Below, piece by piece: positions 25,366-32,000 of a DNA stretch of 32,000 bases. The first letter of the stretch is position 1. The number at the start of each line of letters is the position of its first letter. Both the position numbers and the translations under genes were made by a program. The notes beneath the pieces are model-generated. The model was given only the letters and a program-made list of their open reading frames with translations. It was not told where the DNA came from and did no database searches. This stretch comes from Aulosira sp. DedQUE10 (GTDB lineage: Bacteria > Cyanobacteriota > Cyanobacteriia > Cyanobacteriales > Nostocaceae), in contig JAVRCF010000009.1 of assembly GCA_034530935.1 (NCBI GenBank), forward strand, positions 57,013 through 89,012, in the 5' to 3' direction.

Positions 25366-27432
25366 ATGTCGTCTATTATGTTTTCTAAGTATCGTAAGTC
25401 ACATATTCTCACAGCAACGCTGGTTGCAAAGGTCGATCAACCATCTTCTTTATTAGAAGTGGGACTTTTTAGAGTTTTTCGTTCTTCTATATTATGTTTT
25501 AGCGTTGGGATCGGCGTAGCATGTATAACCTTGCTAGGTACAGGCCTTAGCCGCGCTATTGCTCAAGTACCACCTGTAGCCGACACAACAATGTCTCAAG
25601 TTAATGTACTGTTTGTCAACCCTAGTAGCGGAGATGACAAGCAGGGTGGCAGTGAAAGCACTCCTTTGAAAACAATTACCCAAGCGTTGCAAAAAGCTTC
25701 TGCCAACACCGTGATTACGCTCTCCCCAGGTACTTACAGTGCGGAAACTGGAGAAGTATTTCCCTTGATTTTGAAACCTGGTATTTCCATTCAAGGGGAC
25801 GTGAGCAATCAAGGTAAAGGAGTGATTATTCAAGGAGGTGGTGAATACCTCAGCCGCAGTTTAGGTAGTCAAAATGTCAGTATAATTGCGGCAACCCAAG
25901 TAAATTTGACTGGCGTGACAGTAACAAACACCAATCATCGGGGTTATGGTTTGTGGATTGAATCTAGTAATCCCGTAGTTTCACAAAATACATTTGCTGG
26001 TAATACCCAAGATGGGGTGTTTGTGACTGGCAATGCGGCACCGACTATTAGCCAGAATAACTTTGATAGTAATGGTGCGAACGGGATCACCATCGCAGGT
26101 AATTCCCAAGCCCAGGTAAAGGATAATGTTTTTCAGCAAACTGGCTTTGGGATTAATATCGCCCAAAATGCCGCGCCGACAATTTCAAACAATCAAATTC
26201 AGAATAATCGATCGGGAATTATCGTCCAAGCTAACGCCCATCCAATTTTGCGGAATAACATCATTGAGGGTAGTAAAGAAGATGGTATGGTAGCGATCGC
26301 GCAAGCAATGCCAGATTTAGGTAATGATTCCGAAGCTGGTGGGAATCAATTCCGCAATAATGCCCGCTACGACATTAACGCCAGTGCTGCGAAACAAGTA
26401 ATTGCTGCTGTTGGTAATACTCTGACCAACAGTCGTGTTGCTGGTAAGGTAGATTTGAAAGCTCCCACAACACTCGTAGCCCGGAATGTTGCATCGGCTG
26501 CTGGTGGGCCAGAAGATACACCTAGCAATGGCGAAATCACCTTCTCTGCGCCTGGTGCCTCGGACACTCCCAACCAGGTAAGCGTCCCATCTGCCGCCAA
26601 CAGCAATTCTGCCAATAACATGAGGATTGGCAAATTAAACCCTCAACTTTTGCCACTGCAACCAGCCAATACATCTCGTTCCATCCCCAAGGTGAATCCC
26701 CAGCCACCAACGGCGACAACTCCCTCACCAGTCCCTGGCTTTCCAGTTCCCAGCAGCTTGGCAGGTAGAGAAGTTTCACAAAGGGCAAGTGTGCCAACTG
26801 CACCAGGAACCCCGGCTGATGTACCACAGTTGAATTATGTGCAGATTAATTCCAATGCGATCGAGTTTACCGCACCCCAATCCCCATTCAACCAGCAAGC
26901 ACAGCCAGCAAAACCGATAAATACGAGAGGTAAAAAGCAGCCAGCGCCCTCTAATCTTTTGCCCGTTCCTAACTCCAACATCCCTGTAGGCAATACTCGC
27001 AATATGCGGAAAGTGCCAGTACCACAAGGCAGTCCTAGTGAAAATTATGGCAATGAATTGCCCAATAGTGTGGCTCCAATGGGTAACACTCCAGTGCCTA
27101 ATACTGTGACTCCAATGAGTGATAGCCCATTACCGGCTGGTGTAAGTCCAATGGGTAACACTCCAGTGCCCAATAATATGGCTCCAATGGGTAACACTCC
27201 AGTGCCTAATAATGGTTTCCCGATGATTGTACGTTACCGCGTACTAGTTGAAGTAGCAACTCAGAGAGATATGGAGTTCGTACAATCCCTTGTCCCGAAT
27301 GCTTTTTTCACAGTCTCCCAGGGACGAAACCTCATGCAAGCCGGAGTCTTTAGCAATCGCTATAACGCCGATAGCATGATAAAAACACTCAATGGCAACG
27401 GTTTGAGAGCGATTGTTGAAGTGTTGAATTAA
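25366..27432 (+). CDS. Membrane-anchored DUF1565 / parallel beta-helix repeat protein with a Pro-rich linker and a C-terminal SPOR-like domain
   Basis: The track start is TTG 25336; I prefer the ATG at 25366. The TM segment is ILCFSVGIGVACITLLGTGL. The DUF1565 opening is VLFVNPSSGDDKQGGSESTPLKTITQALQKASANTVITLSPGTYS. Beta-helix repeats follow (NTFAGNTQDGVFV, NNFDSNGANGITI, NQIQNNRSGIIV). A Pro-rich region contains three PMGNTPVPN units. The tail YRVLVEVATQRDMEFVQSLVP...MQAGVFSNRYNADSMIKTLNGNGLRAIVEV is SPOR-like. Confidence 0.8.
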   Translation: MSSIMFSKYRKSHILTATLVAKVDQPSSLLEVGLFRVFRSSILCFSVGIGVACITLLGTGLSRAIAQVPPVADTTMSQVNVLFVNPSSGDDKQGGSESTPLKTITQALQKASANTVITLSPGTYSAETGEVFPLILKPGISIQGDVSNQGKGVIIQGGGEYLSRSLGSQNVSIIAATQVNLTGVTVTNTNHRGYGLWIESSNPVVSQNTFAGNTQDGVFVTGNAAPTISQNNFDSNGANGITIAGNSQAQVKDNVFQQTGFGINIAQNAAPTISNNQIQNNRSGIIVQANAHPILRNNIIEGSKEDGMVAIAQAMPDLGNDSEAGGNQFRNNARYDINASAAKQVIAAVGNTLTNSRVAGKVDLKAPTTLVARNVASAAGGPEDTPSNGEITFSAPGASDTPNQVSVPSAANSNSANNMRIGKLNPQLLPLQPANTSRSIPKVNPQPPTATTPSPVPGFPVPSSLAGREVSQRASVPTAPGTPADVPQLNYVQINSNAIEFTAPQSPFNQQAQPAKPINTRGKKQPAPSNLLPVPNSNIPVGNTRNMRKVPVPQGSPSENYGNELPNSVAPMGNTPVPNTVTPMSDSPLPAGVSPMGNTPVPNNMAPMGNTPVPNNGFPMIVRYRVLVEVATQRDMEFVQSLVPNAFFTVSQGRNLMQAGVFSNRYNADSMIKTLNGNGLRAIVEVLN

Positions 27433-27433
27433 T

Positions 27434-27546
27434 GGGGCATTTGGGGTTTGTCATTTGTCATTTGTCATTTGTCATTTGGGGTTTTTAAGAGGGAACAGGG
27501 AACAGTGTTTAATAGTTTGTTTCCTCATCTCCCTCGTCCCCAATCC
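27434..27546. repeat. STRR-type block between convergent genes
   Basis: It contains ggggcatttggggtttgtcatttgtcatttgtcatttgtcatttgggg, then gggaacagggaacag, then cctcatctccctcgtccccaatccc. Confidence 0.85.
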
Positions 27547-28506
27547 CTATTTCCTCCCAAGATTCCCCTGTAAGCCGCCAGTGTGTATCAACAGTAGGCG
27601 CGCGCCTGGGGGAAAAAATCCCTGCTTGAGCAAATCCATTACGCCATAAAACATTTTGGCGGTGTAGACATAATCAAGGGGTATGTTGTGTTCTTGGGTG
27701 AACTGCTGGGCAAATAGTAATAACTCGTCGTTTACTTTGGCATAGCCACCCATGTGGTAATCACATATTAGTTCCCAGGATGCGATCGCGTCTTTGGTTT
27801 TAGGTAAACCAGAGGCGCGATAATTTGTTAGTAAACTATCTATTTCCGCAGCGAGAAATTCCCCATTTTTCAGCACAGGAAACCCAATAGCGCGCTGTTC
27901 TTTTTGCAGTGAAAGTACAATTCCCGCTAAAGTACTACCTGTACCACAAGCCACACATACAATATCAAACTGTTTCCCCCAATATTCCCCCTCATCTCCC
28001 TCATCTCCCTCATCCCCCGATAAAATCTCCGTACACCCCCGCACACCGTTAAGATTGCCACCACCTTCAGGGATAATGTACACTTCACCAAAGCGTTCCT
28101 GTAATTCTGTTTGGAGTTCTGTTGTCTTTTTTTTTCGGTATTTTTGGCGGTCAATGTAGATAATTTCCATACCTTGTTGAAGCGAAAAACTCAATGTAGG
28201 ATTTAATGGTAAATTCTCTTCCCCACGAATCACACCAATAGTGCGAAAGCCAAAAAGATTTCCCGCCGCCGCAGTTGCGTAGATATGATTAGAATAAGCA
28301 CCGCCAAAGGTAAGCAGCGTTGTAAAATTTCTCTGTCTAGCTTCCAAGAGGTTGTACTTCAACTTAAACCACTTATTACCATTCACCGATGGGTGCATAA
28401 CATCGAGGCGTAGCACAGACAAATCAACACCAGCCTGTCGAGCAATTGCGCTATCAATTGGTTGTATTGTAGGAGTCAGCCCAAATGAAAAGATTTCTTT
28501 CACCAT
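27547..28506 (-). CDS. PLP-dependent enzyme of the ACC deaminase / D-cysteine desulfhydrase family, carrying an in-frame (GDE)3 repeat insertion
   Basis: The ORF encodes 319 aa. NGNKWFKLKYNL provides the PLP-lysine context (GNK.RKL). Other motifs are TFGGAYSNHIYATAAAG and CGTGSTLAGI. The repeat at 27987-28018 encodes SGDEGDEGDEGE. Confidence 0.85.
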   Translation of the reverse strand: MVKEIFSFGLTPTIQPIDSAIARQAGVDLSVLRLDVMHPSVNGNKWFKLKYNLLEARQRNFTTLLTFGGAYSNHIYATAAAGNLFGFRTIGVIRGEENLPLNPTLSFSLQQGMEIIYIDRQKYRKKKTTELQTELQERFGEVYIIPEGGGNLNGVRGCTEILSGDEGDEGDEGEYWGKQFDIVCVACGTGSTLAGIVLSLQKEQRAIGFPVLKNGEFLAAEIDSLLTNYRASGLPKTKDAIASWELICDYHMGGYAKVNDELLLFAQQFTQEHNIPLDYVYTAKMFYGVMDLLKQGFFPPGARLLLIHTGGLQGNLGRK

Positions 28507-28560
28507 GAATGATGAGGGAGATGATGGAGGACAAAGGGGACAAGGAGGGACAAGGAAGAA
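28507..28560. repeat. STRR-type block directly abutting the start codon of the PLP-enzyme gene
   Basis: The sequence is gaatgatgagggagatgatggaggacaaaggggacaaggagggacaaggaag. It belongs to the same atgagggag family as 7441-7480 and 27987-28018. Confidence 0.8.
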
Positions 28561-28584
28561 ATCACTCTTGACTTTTGACTTTTT

Positions 28585-29139
28585 ATGTCTAAACTATTTG
28601 ACTGTATCACCGAAGAACTACAAGAATTTATTGCTGCCCAGCATCTTTTTTTTGTAGGTAGTGCGCCTTTGAGTCCTACAGGACACGTTAACTTGTCTCC
28701 CAAAGGACTGGAAACTTTTCGCGTTCTTTCTCCTAACCGCGTAGGCTACTTGGATTTGACGGGTAGTGGTAATGAAACCTCAGCTCATCTGCAAGAAAAT
28801 GGGCGAATTACTTTTCTGTTTTGTGCTTTTCAAGAACCTGCCAGTATCTTGCGACTGTATGGTCAGGGGTATACGATTTTACCAGGTTCACCCGATTGGA
28901 ACTCTTTTTATCCTCTGTTTCCGCCCTTACCTGGAATTCGTCAAATTATCATAGCTGATATTGAACGTGTGCAAACTTCTTGTGGCTTTGGCATACCACT
29001 CTATGAATATCAAGGCCAGCGTCAGACTTTAGTTAATTGGGCAGTGAAAAAAGGCGAACCAGGAGTTAAAGAATATCAACAGCAGAAAAATCTTGCCAGC
29101 ATAGATGGTTTACCAACTCCGCTGAGTAATTTACCTTAG
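28585..29139 (+). CDS. Pyridoxamine 5'-phosphate oxidase-family (FMN-binding split-barrel) protein
   Basis: The ORF encodes 184 aa. ELQEFIAAQHLFFVGSAPLSPTGHVNLSPKGLETFRVL...YLDLTGSGNETSAHLQENGRITFLFCAF...ILRLYG resembles PNPOx-like family members as I recall them. There is no direct catalytic evidence. Confidence 0.65.
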   Translation: MSKLFDCITEELQEFIAAQHLFFVGSAPLSPTGHVNLSPKGLETFRVLSPNRVGYLDLTGSGNETSAHLQENGRITFLFCAFQEPASILRLYGQGYTILPGSPDWNSFYPLFPPLPGIRQIIIADIERVQTSCGFGIPLYEYQGQRQTLVNWAVKKGEPGVKEYQQQKNLASIDGLPTPLSNLP

Positions 29140-29232
29140 CTGGGGGTGGGGGAAAGGGAGAAAGAAAAAACCTTTACCCTTTAACCTTTTCACCAAAGAA
29201 AATTCCGAGTTTAAAATTCTATCCCTTGTAGT

Positions 29233-29772
29233 ATGGATTATCTAATTAGCCCAGTCACTCAGGAAGATGAGCCTTTTCTGTGGCAAATGCTATATGAAGC
29301 GGCGCACATGGCAGAAGAAGGTAATTTAACGGTGCAGGATGCAATGAATCATCCAGATTTGGCAAAATATGTCAAAAATTGGAGTTTTGAAGATGATATA
29401 GGCTATGTTGCGACCTTGATACCCAGTAATCAACCAGTAGGGGCTGCATGGTTGCGGTTACTGACAGAGGACAATCAGGGATATGGTTATGTTAACAGCC
29501 AAACGCCTGAACTAGCGATTGCCATTCTTCCCGAATATAGAAATCAGGGCATAGGTACGCAGTTACTCAGCCACTTATTGGCAATAGCGCCAGCCTATTA
29601 CCCATCAGTATCACTCAGCATTAGAAGCTCAAATCCGGCTTTGCATTTATATCAACGATTAGGCTGGCAAGTTGTTGAGGGTAGTGAGGTAATCAACCGC
29701 GTTGGTGGCACTTCTTTCAAAATGAAAATTGATTTTGACAAAGGGACTTCCAACAAATTAAATATACAGTAG
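29233..29772 (+). CDS. GNAT-family N-acetyltransferase
   Basis: The ORF encodes 179 aa. The acetyl-CoA motif A is AIAILPEYRNQGIGTQLLSHLL, followed by NPALHLYQRLGW. The last ~10 codons and the stop lie in repeat DNA (29741-29772). Confidence 0.85.
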   Translation: MDYLISPVTQEDEPFLWQMLYEAAHMAEEGNLTVQDAMNHPDLAKYVKNWSFEDDIGYVATLIPSNQPVGAAWLRLLTEDNQGYGYVNSQTPELAIAILPEYRNQGIGTQLLSHLLAIAPAYYPSVSLSIRSSNPALHLYQRLGWQVVEGSEVINRVGGTSFKMKIDFDKGTSNKLNIQ

Positions 29773-29805
29773 GGTGCGTTAGGCGAAAGCTGTAACGCAC
29801 CGCTA
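29769..29805 (+). repeat. Conserved hairpin module, copy 2 (GTAGGGTGCGTTAGG-N8-GTAACGCACCGCTA), preceding 21-bp array C
   Basis: The stem pairs ggtgcgtta (29773-29781) with taacgcacc (29793-29801). The TAG within gTAGggtgcg is the GNAT stop codon. Confidence 0.8.
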
Positions 29806-29807
29806 GA

Positions 29808-30038
29808 GAATGAAACTCCTTGCCTTTTAAATGAAAGTTCTTACCTTTTGAATGAAAGTTCTTACCTTTTGAATGAAAGTCCTTACCTTTTGAATGAAAG
29901 TTCTTGCCTTTTGAATGAAAGTTCTGACCTTTTGAATGAAAGTTCTGACCTTTTGAATGAAAGTTCTTGCCTTTTAAATGAAAGTTCTTGCCTTTTGAAT
30001 GAAAGTTCTTGCCTTTTGAATGAAAGTTGTTGTTTTGT
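29808..30038 (+). repeat. Spacerless tandem array C, 21-bp unit, 11 units
   Basis: Units are phased from 29808. The types are gaatgaaagttcttacctttt, gaatgaaagttcttgcctttt and gaatgaaagttctgacctttt, with degenerate first and last units. Confidence 0.9.
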
Positions 30039-30083
30039 TAACCAAGGAAATTTTTTTGGATGCCTTGCCCTACTGCCTAGTCT

Positions 30084-30169
30084 AAGGGTAGGGGCACAGC
30101 CATGTTCCCTACAATGATCTGTACCTCACCTTGGCGTAGCTTCTCGTAGAGAAGTTGCAATCTGCTGTA
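30084..30169 (+). repeat. 86-nt dispersed repeat, copy 2
   Basis: The sequence is aagggtaggggcacagccatgttccctacaatgatctgtacctcaccttggcgtagcttctcgtagagaagttgcaatctgctgta. In this copy the hairpin cttctc-gta-gagaag is perfect. Confidence 0.9.
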
Positions 30170-30209
30170 ACTGCTAAGGAGTAACGCTGTCTTGGCAATA
30201 TTGACAAAA

Positions 30210-31640
30210 CTAAGGAGAAATCAGTAGCGTTTCCGAAATCAACTGTTGCTGGTTAGCTAATGGGACAATCACGCGCTCACCAGCCCACTGCAAGCGTTTG
30301 CCAAAATAGCTCTCTATTTGCCTTGCTTTTGGTAAAGAGAAACGCTTTGTTTGAAGATGTTTGAAATCGTAAATAAATAAGATTTGTTCAAAGCTGTTAG
30401 TACTGCTCAAACTAGCAACGATGCGATCGCCATCCGCACTAAAGTCTACAGTGCTACCGTTAAATCGTTCTTTTTCAGTATCCTTAAATAACAATTGAGT
30501 TTTTCCCGTAGCCAGAGAAAGCGAGTAAATTTCTGCTAGATCATTTCTATTTGGTCTGGTTTCATATACTAGCGTTTTGTTGTCATCACTCAAAGCCAGA
30601 AAACTTCCAACAGCTAGTTGTTGCTTTTCTAAAGTCATTGGATTGATAGCAAATAAAGTATTTTTGCTTCCTCTAAGAATTTCTGTCACCAAAATTCGTC
30701 CGTCCGGAGTCCAGCCATGAATTCTAAAAGTCACTCCTTTTATAGCTATAACTTTAGTATCTTTACCTGTAGCAACATTGTGTAGCCATACTGCGGTATC
30801 AGAAGTTGTGCTTAAATCATCGCGGTTAGAACCGAAAGCAATCAAGTTACCATCATTTGACCAAACAGGATCGATAGCCCAGTACAAAATTGATTGATAA
30901 TCTCTACCATTTGTAGGTATGTTGCGAATTCGATTCTTTGCAGTTTCCAGACCATCCGGATTAACAGCTTTGACTGTGAGCGTTTTGGCATCCAGAATGT
31001 ATAAGATGCCTGTACCATGATGTTGTTGAAAAAATAGCTGGCTTGGATGTTGAGGGTTAGGAAACAATATAGGGGTACCAGTACCGGGTTCAGCAATCCA
31101 CCGCCGACCATTTACCGACTCAAAAGAAAGCAAGTTTAAAGAAGCTACTTGATGACGCGTAAATGGCAGAGAAGTTTGCTTACCCATACGATCAATCCGA
31201 ATTAGTTGCGGCGAATATACACGGCGATAACCGTCTGTACCTGGATTTGTCGGTAAGATTTTTTGGACGAATTGCCTCTGTTGTTTTAATGATGGCGTAC
31301 TCACAAGCACTACTTGTTGACTATTTTCTGCGGCTAAGGTTAAAGGTTTGTCCAAGCGCAAAGTACTTGGAACAGCCGCCGCAATGCTGTGAGTTGGCTT
31401 TTTGGAATCAGCCTGACTCCACACTGGAGTTTGAGATGCACGCTCCATCTTCTGAGCCTGTTCAAAAAAGCTATTATCTGTTTGGAGAACAGTCTTGCTC
31501 TGCCTATTCCTCAAATCGATAACGCTCTCATCTTCACTTTCAGCTATAGATGAGTTGTTAGTTTGAAAAATTAAGATAGTGATAGTAATAGCTGTAGCGA
31601 GCGCAGCCAAAACAATCCCAGATCTCCACAATAGTTTCAT
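30210..31640 (-). CDS. Membrane-anchored periplasmic beta-propeller protein with PD40/TolB-like repeats
   Basis: The track ORF starts at TTG 31667; I prefer the ATG at 31640 (MKLLWRSGIVLAALATAITITILIF, a TM anchor). PD40-like blades are DPVWSNDGNLIAFGSNRD, WTPDGRILVTE and FSADGDRIVASL. Confidence 0.7.
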   Translation of the reverse strand: MKLLWRSGIVLAALATAITITILIFQTNNSSIAESEDESVIDLRNRQSKTVLQTDNSFFEQAQKMERASQTPVWSQADSKKPTHSIAAAVPSTLRLDKPLTLAAENSQQVVLVSTPSLKQQRQFVQKILPTNPGTDGYRRVYSPQLIRIDRMGKQTSLPFTRHQVASLNLLSFESVNGRRWIAEPGTGTPILFPNPQHPSQLFFQQHHGTGILYILDAKTLTVKAVNPDGLETAKNRIRNIPTNGRDYQSILYWAIDPVWSNDGNLIAFGSNRDDLSTTSDTAVWLHNVATGKDTKVIAIKGVTFRIHGWTPDGRILVTEILRGSKNTLFAINPMTLEKQQLAVGSFLALSDDNKTLVYETRPNRNDLAEIYSLSLATGKTQLLFKDTEKERFNGSTVDFSADGDRIVASLSSTNSFEQILFIYDFKHLQTKRFSLPKARQIESYFGKRLQWAGERVIVPLANQQQLISETLLISP

Positions 31641-32000
31641 GTTGCTAGCTCTATGATTGCAATACAAGAAACCACAATCTTAATCGCATTGAACATTTAA
31701 ATGTTTCTCAGAAACTGTTTTTCAATTGCATCACACGCCACATTCAGCCCATTTTTGGCTTGAATTATACGTTCAAAGTCCAAAACTCATGCCCCTGTGA
31801 AAATGCGTAATTCCAATTGTTAAGCGGCGTTTACCTTCTTGGGCGAATGGCGATAGTTTTTTAGATTTAGGGACTTCCAAGTCTATTCGCCCCTACTAAC
31901 CCAAATATATGTGCAACTTGACGTAACAGTTTAACAAAAGCATGAAAATCAATGCCCAATGCCCCAGCAGCTATAACTCAAATTTAGGGATAACTTCTAC

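Noticed and set aside
31668-32000. Possible gene fragment at the right edge: ATG at 31942 (MKINAQCPSSYNSNLGITS...) running off the window, and a ~37-codon minus-strand frame ending at about 31775.
   Set aside because: It is too short to evaluate. The plus-strand start sits in aatgccc heptamer repeats, and all three minus-strand frames entering from 32000 hit stops within 30 nt.
1-32000. tRNA, rRNA, RNase P RNA, tmRNA, transposase or integrase genes.
   Set aside because: I saw no T-loop (GGTTCGAATCC-like) or other conserved cores of these RNAs on either strand, and no ORF with DDE transposase, tyrosine or serine recombinase motifs. A tRNAscan/Infernal run would be the definitive check.

Overview
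This is a 32-kb chromosomal segment that looks like a filamentous Nostoc/Anabaena-type cyanobacterium. The HIP1 octamer GCGATCGC is frequent, STRR-like heptamer tracts abut gene ends, and the intergenic DNA is AT-rich. Well-supported genes are dnaA, def, an HtrA-family protease, a heterodimeric ABC exporter pair, and dhaK/dhaL separated by a GH55/pectate-lyase-fold gene. Others are a Tat-signal CKX-like flavoenzyme, a GT4 glycosyltransferase, a DUF1565 beta-helix/SPOR protein and a PLP ACC-deaminase/D-cysteine-desulfhydrase-family enzyme. The window also has PNPOx-like, GNAT and PD40 beta-propeller proteins, a solitary PotC-like permease and a Ser/Thr-kinase-FGE fusion. The largest gene (minus strand, 1-3716, a two-partner-secretion/filamentous-haemagglutinin-type exoprotein) is absent from the supplied ORF track because it has no stop inside the window. 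The plus-strand ORFs listed there are its shadows. No rRNA, tRNA, CRISPR array, transposase or cas genes were seen. The unexplained structure is non-coding. (1) Three spacerless tandem arrays have exactly 21-bp units (11-13 copies each), and two are preceded by the same 37-nt hairpin module. (2) A GGGACTTCCA-type motif has six copies: it brackets a CheB remnant as direct repeats, brackets the kinase-FGE gene as a perfect 15-bp inverted repeat, and supplies or precedes two stop codons. (3) An 86-nt dispersed repeat pair is about 95% identical. (4) A 9-bp STRR-type repeat is expanded in frame inside an enzyme gene. The most testable hypothesis is that the C-terminal FGE/C-type-lectin module of the kinase is a remote variable region of a diversity-generating retroelement. 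No RT or template repeat is in this window, so this remains inference. All homology calls come from reading motifs in translations; no database search was possible.
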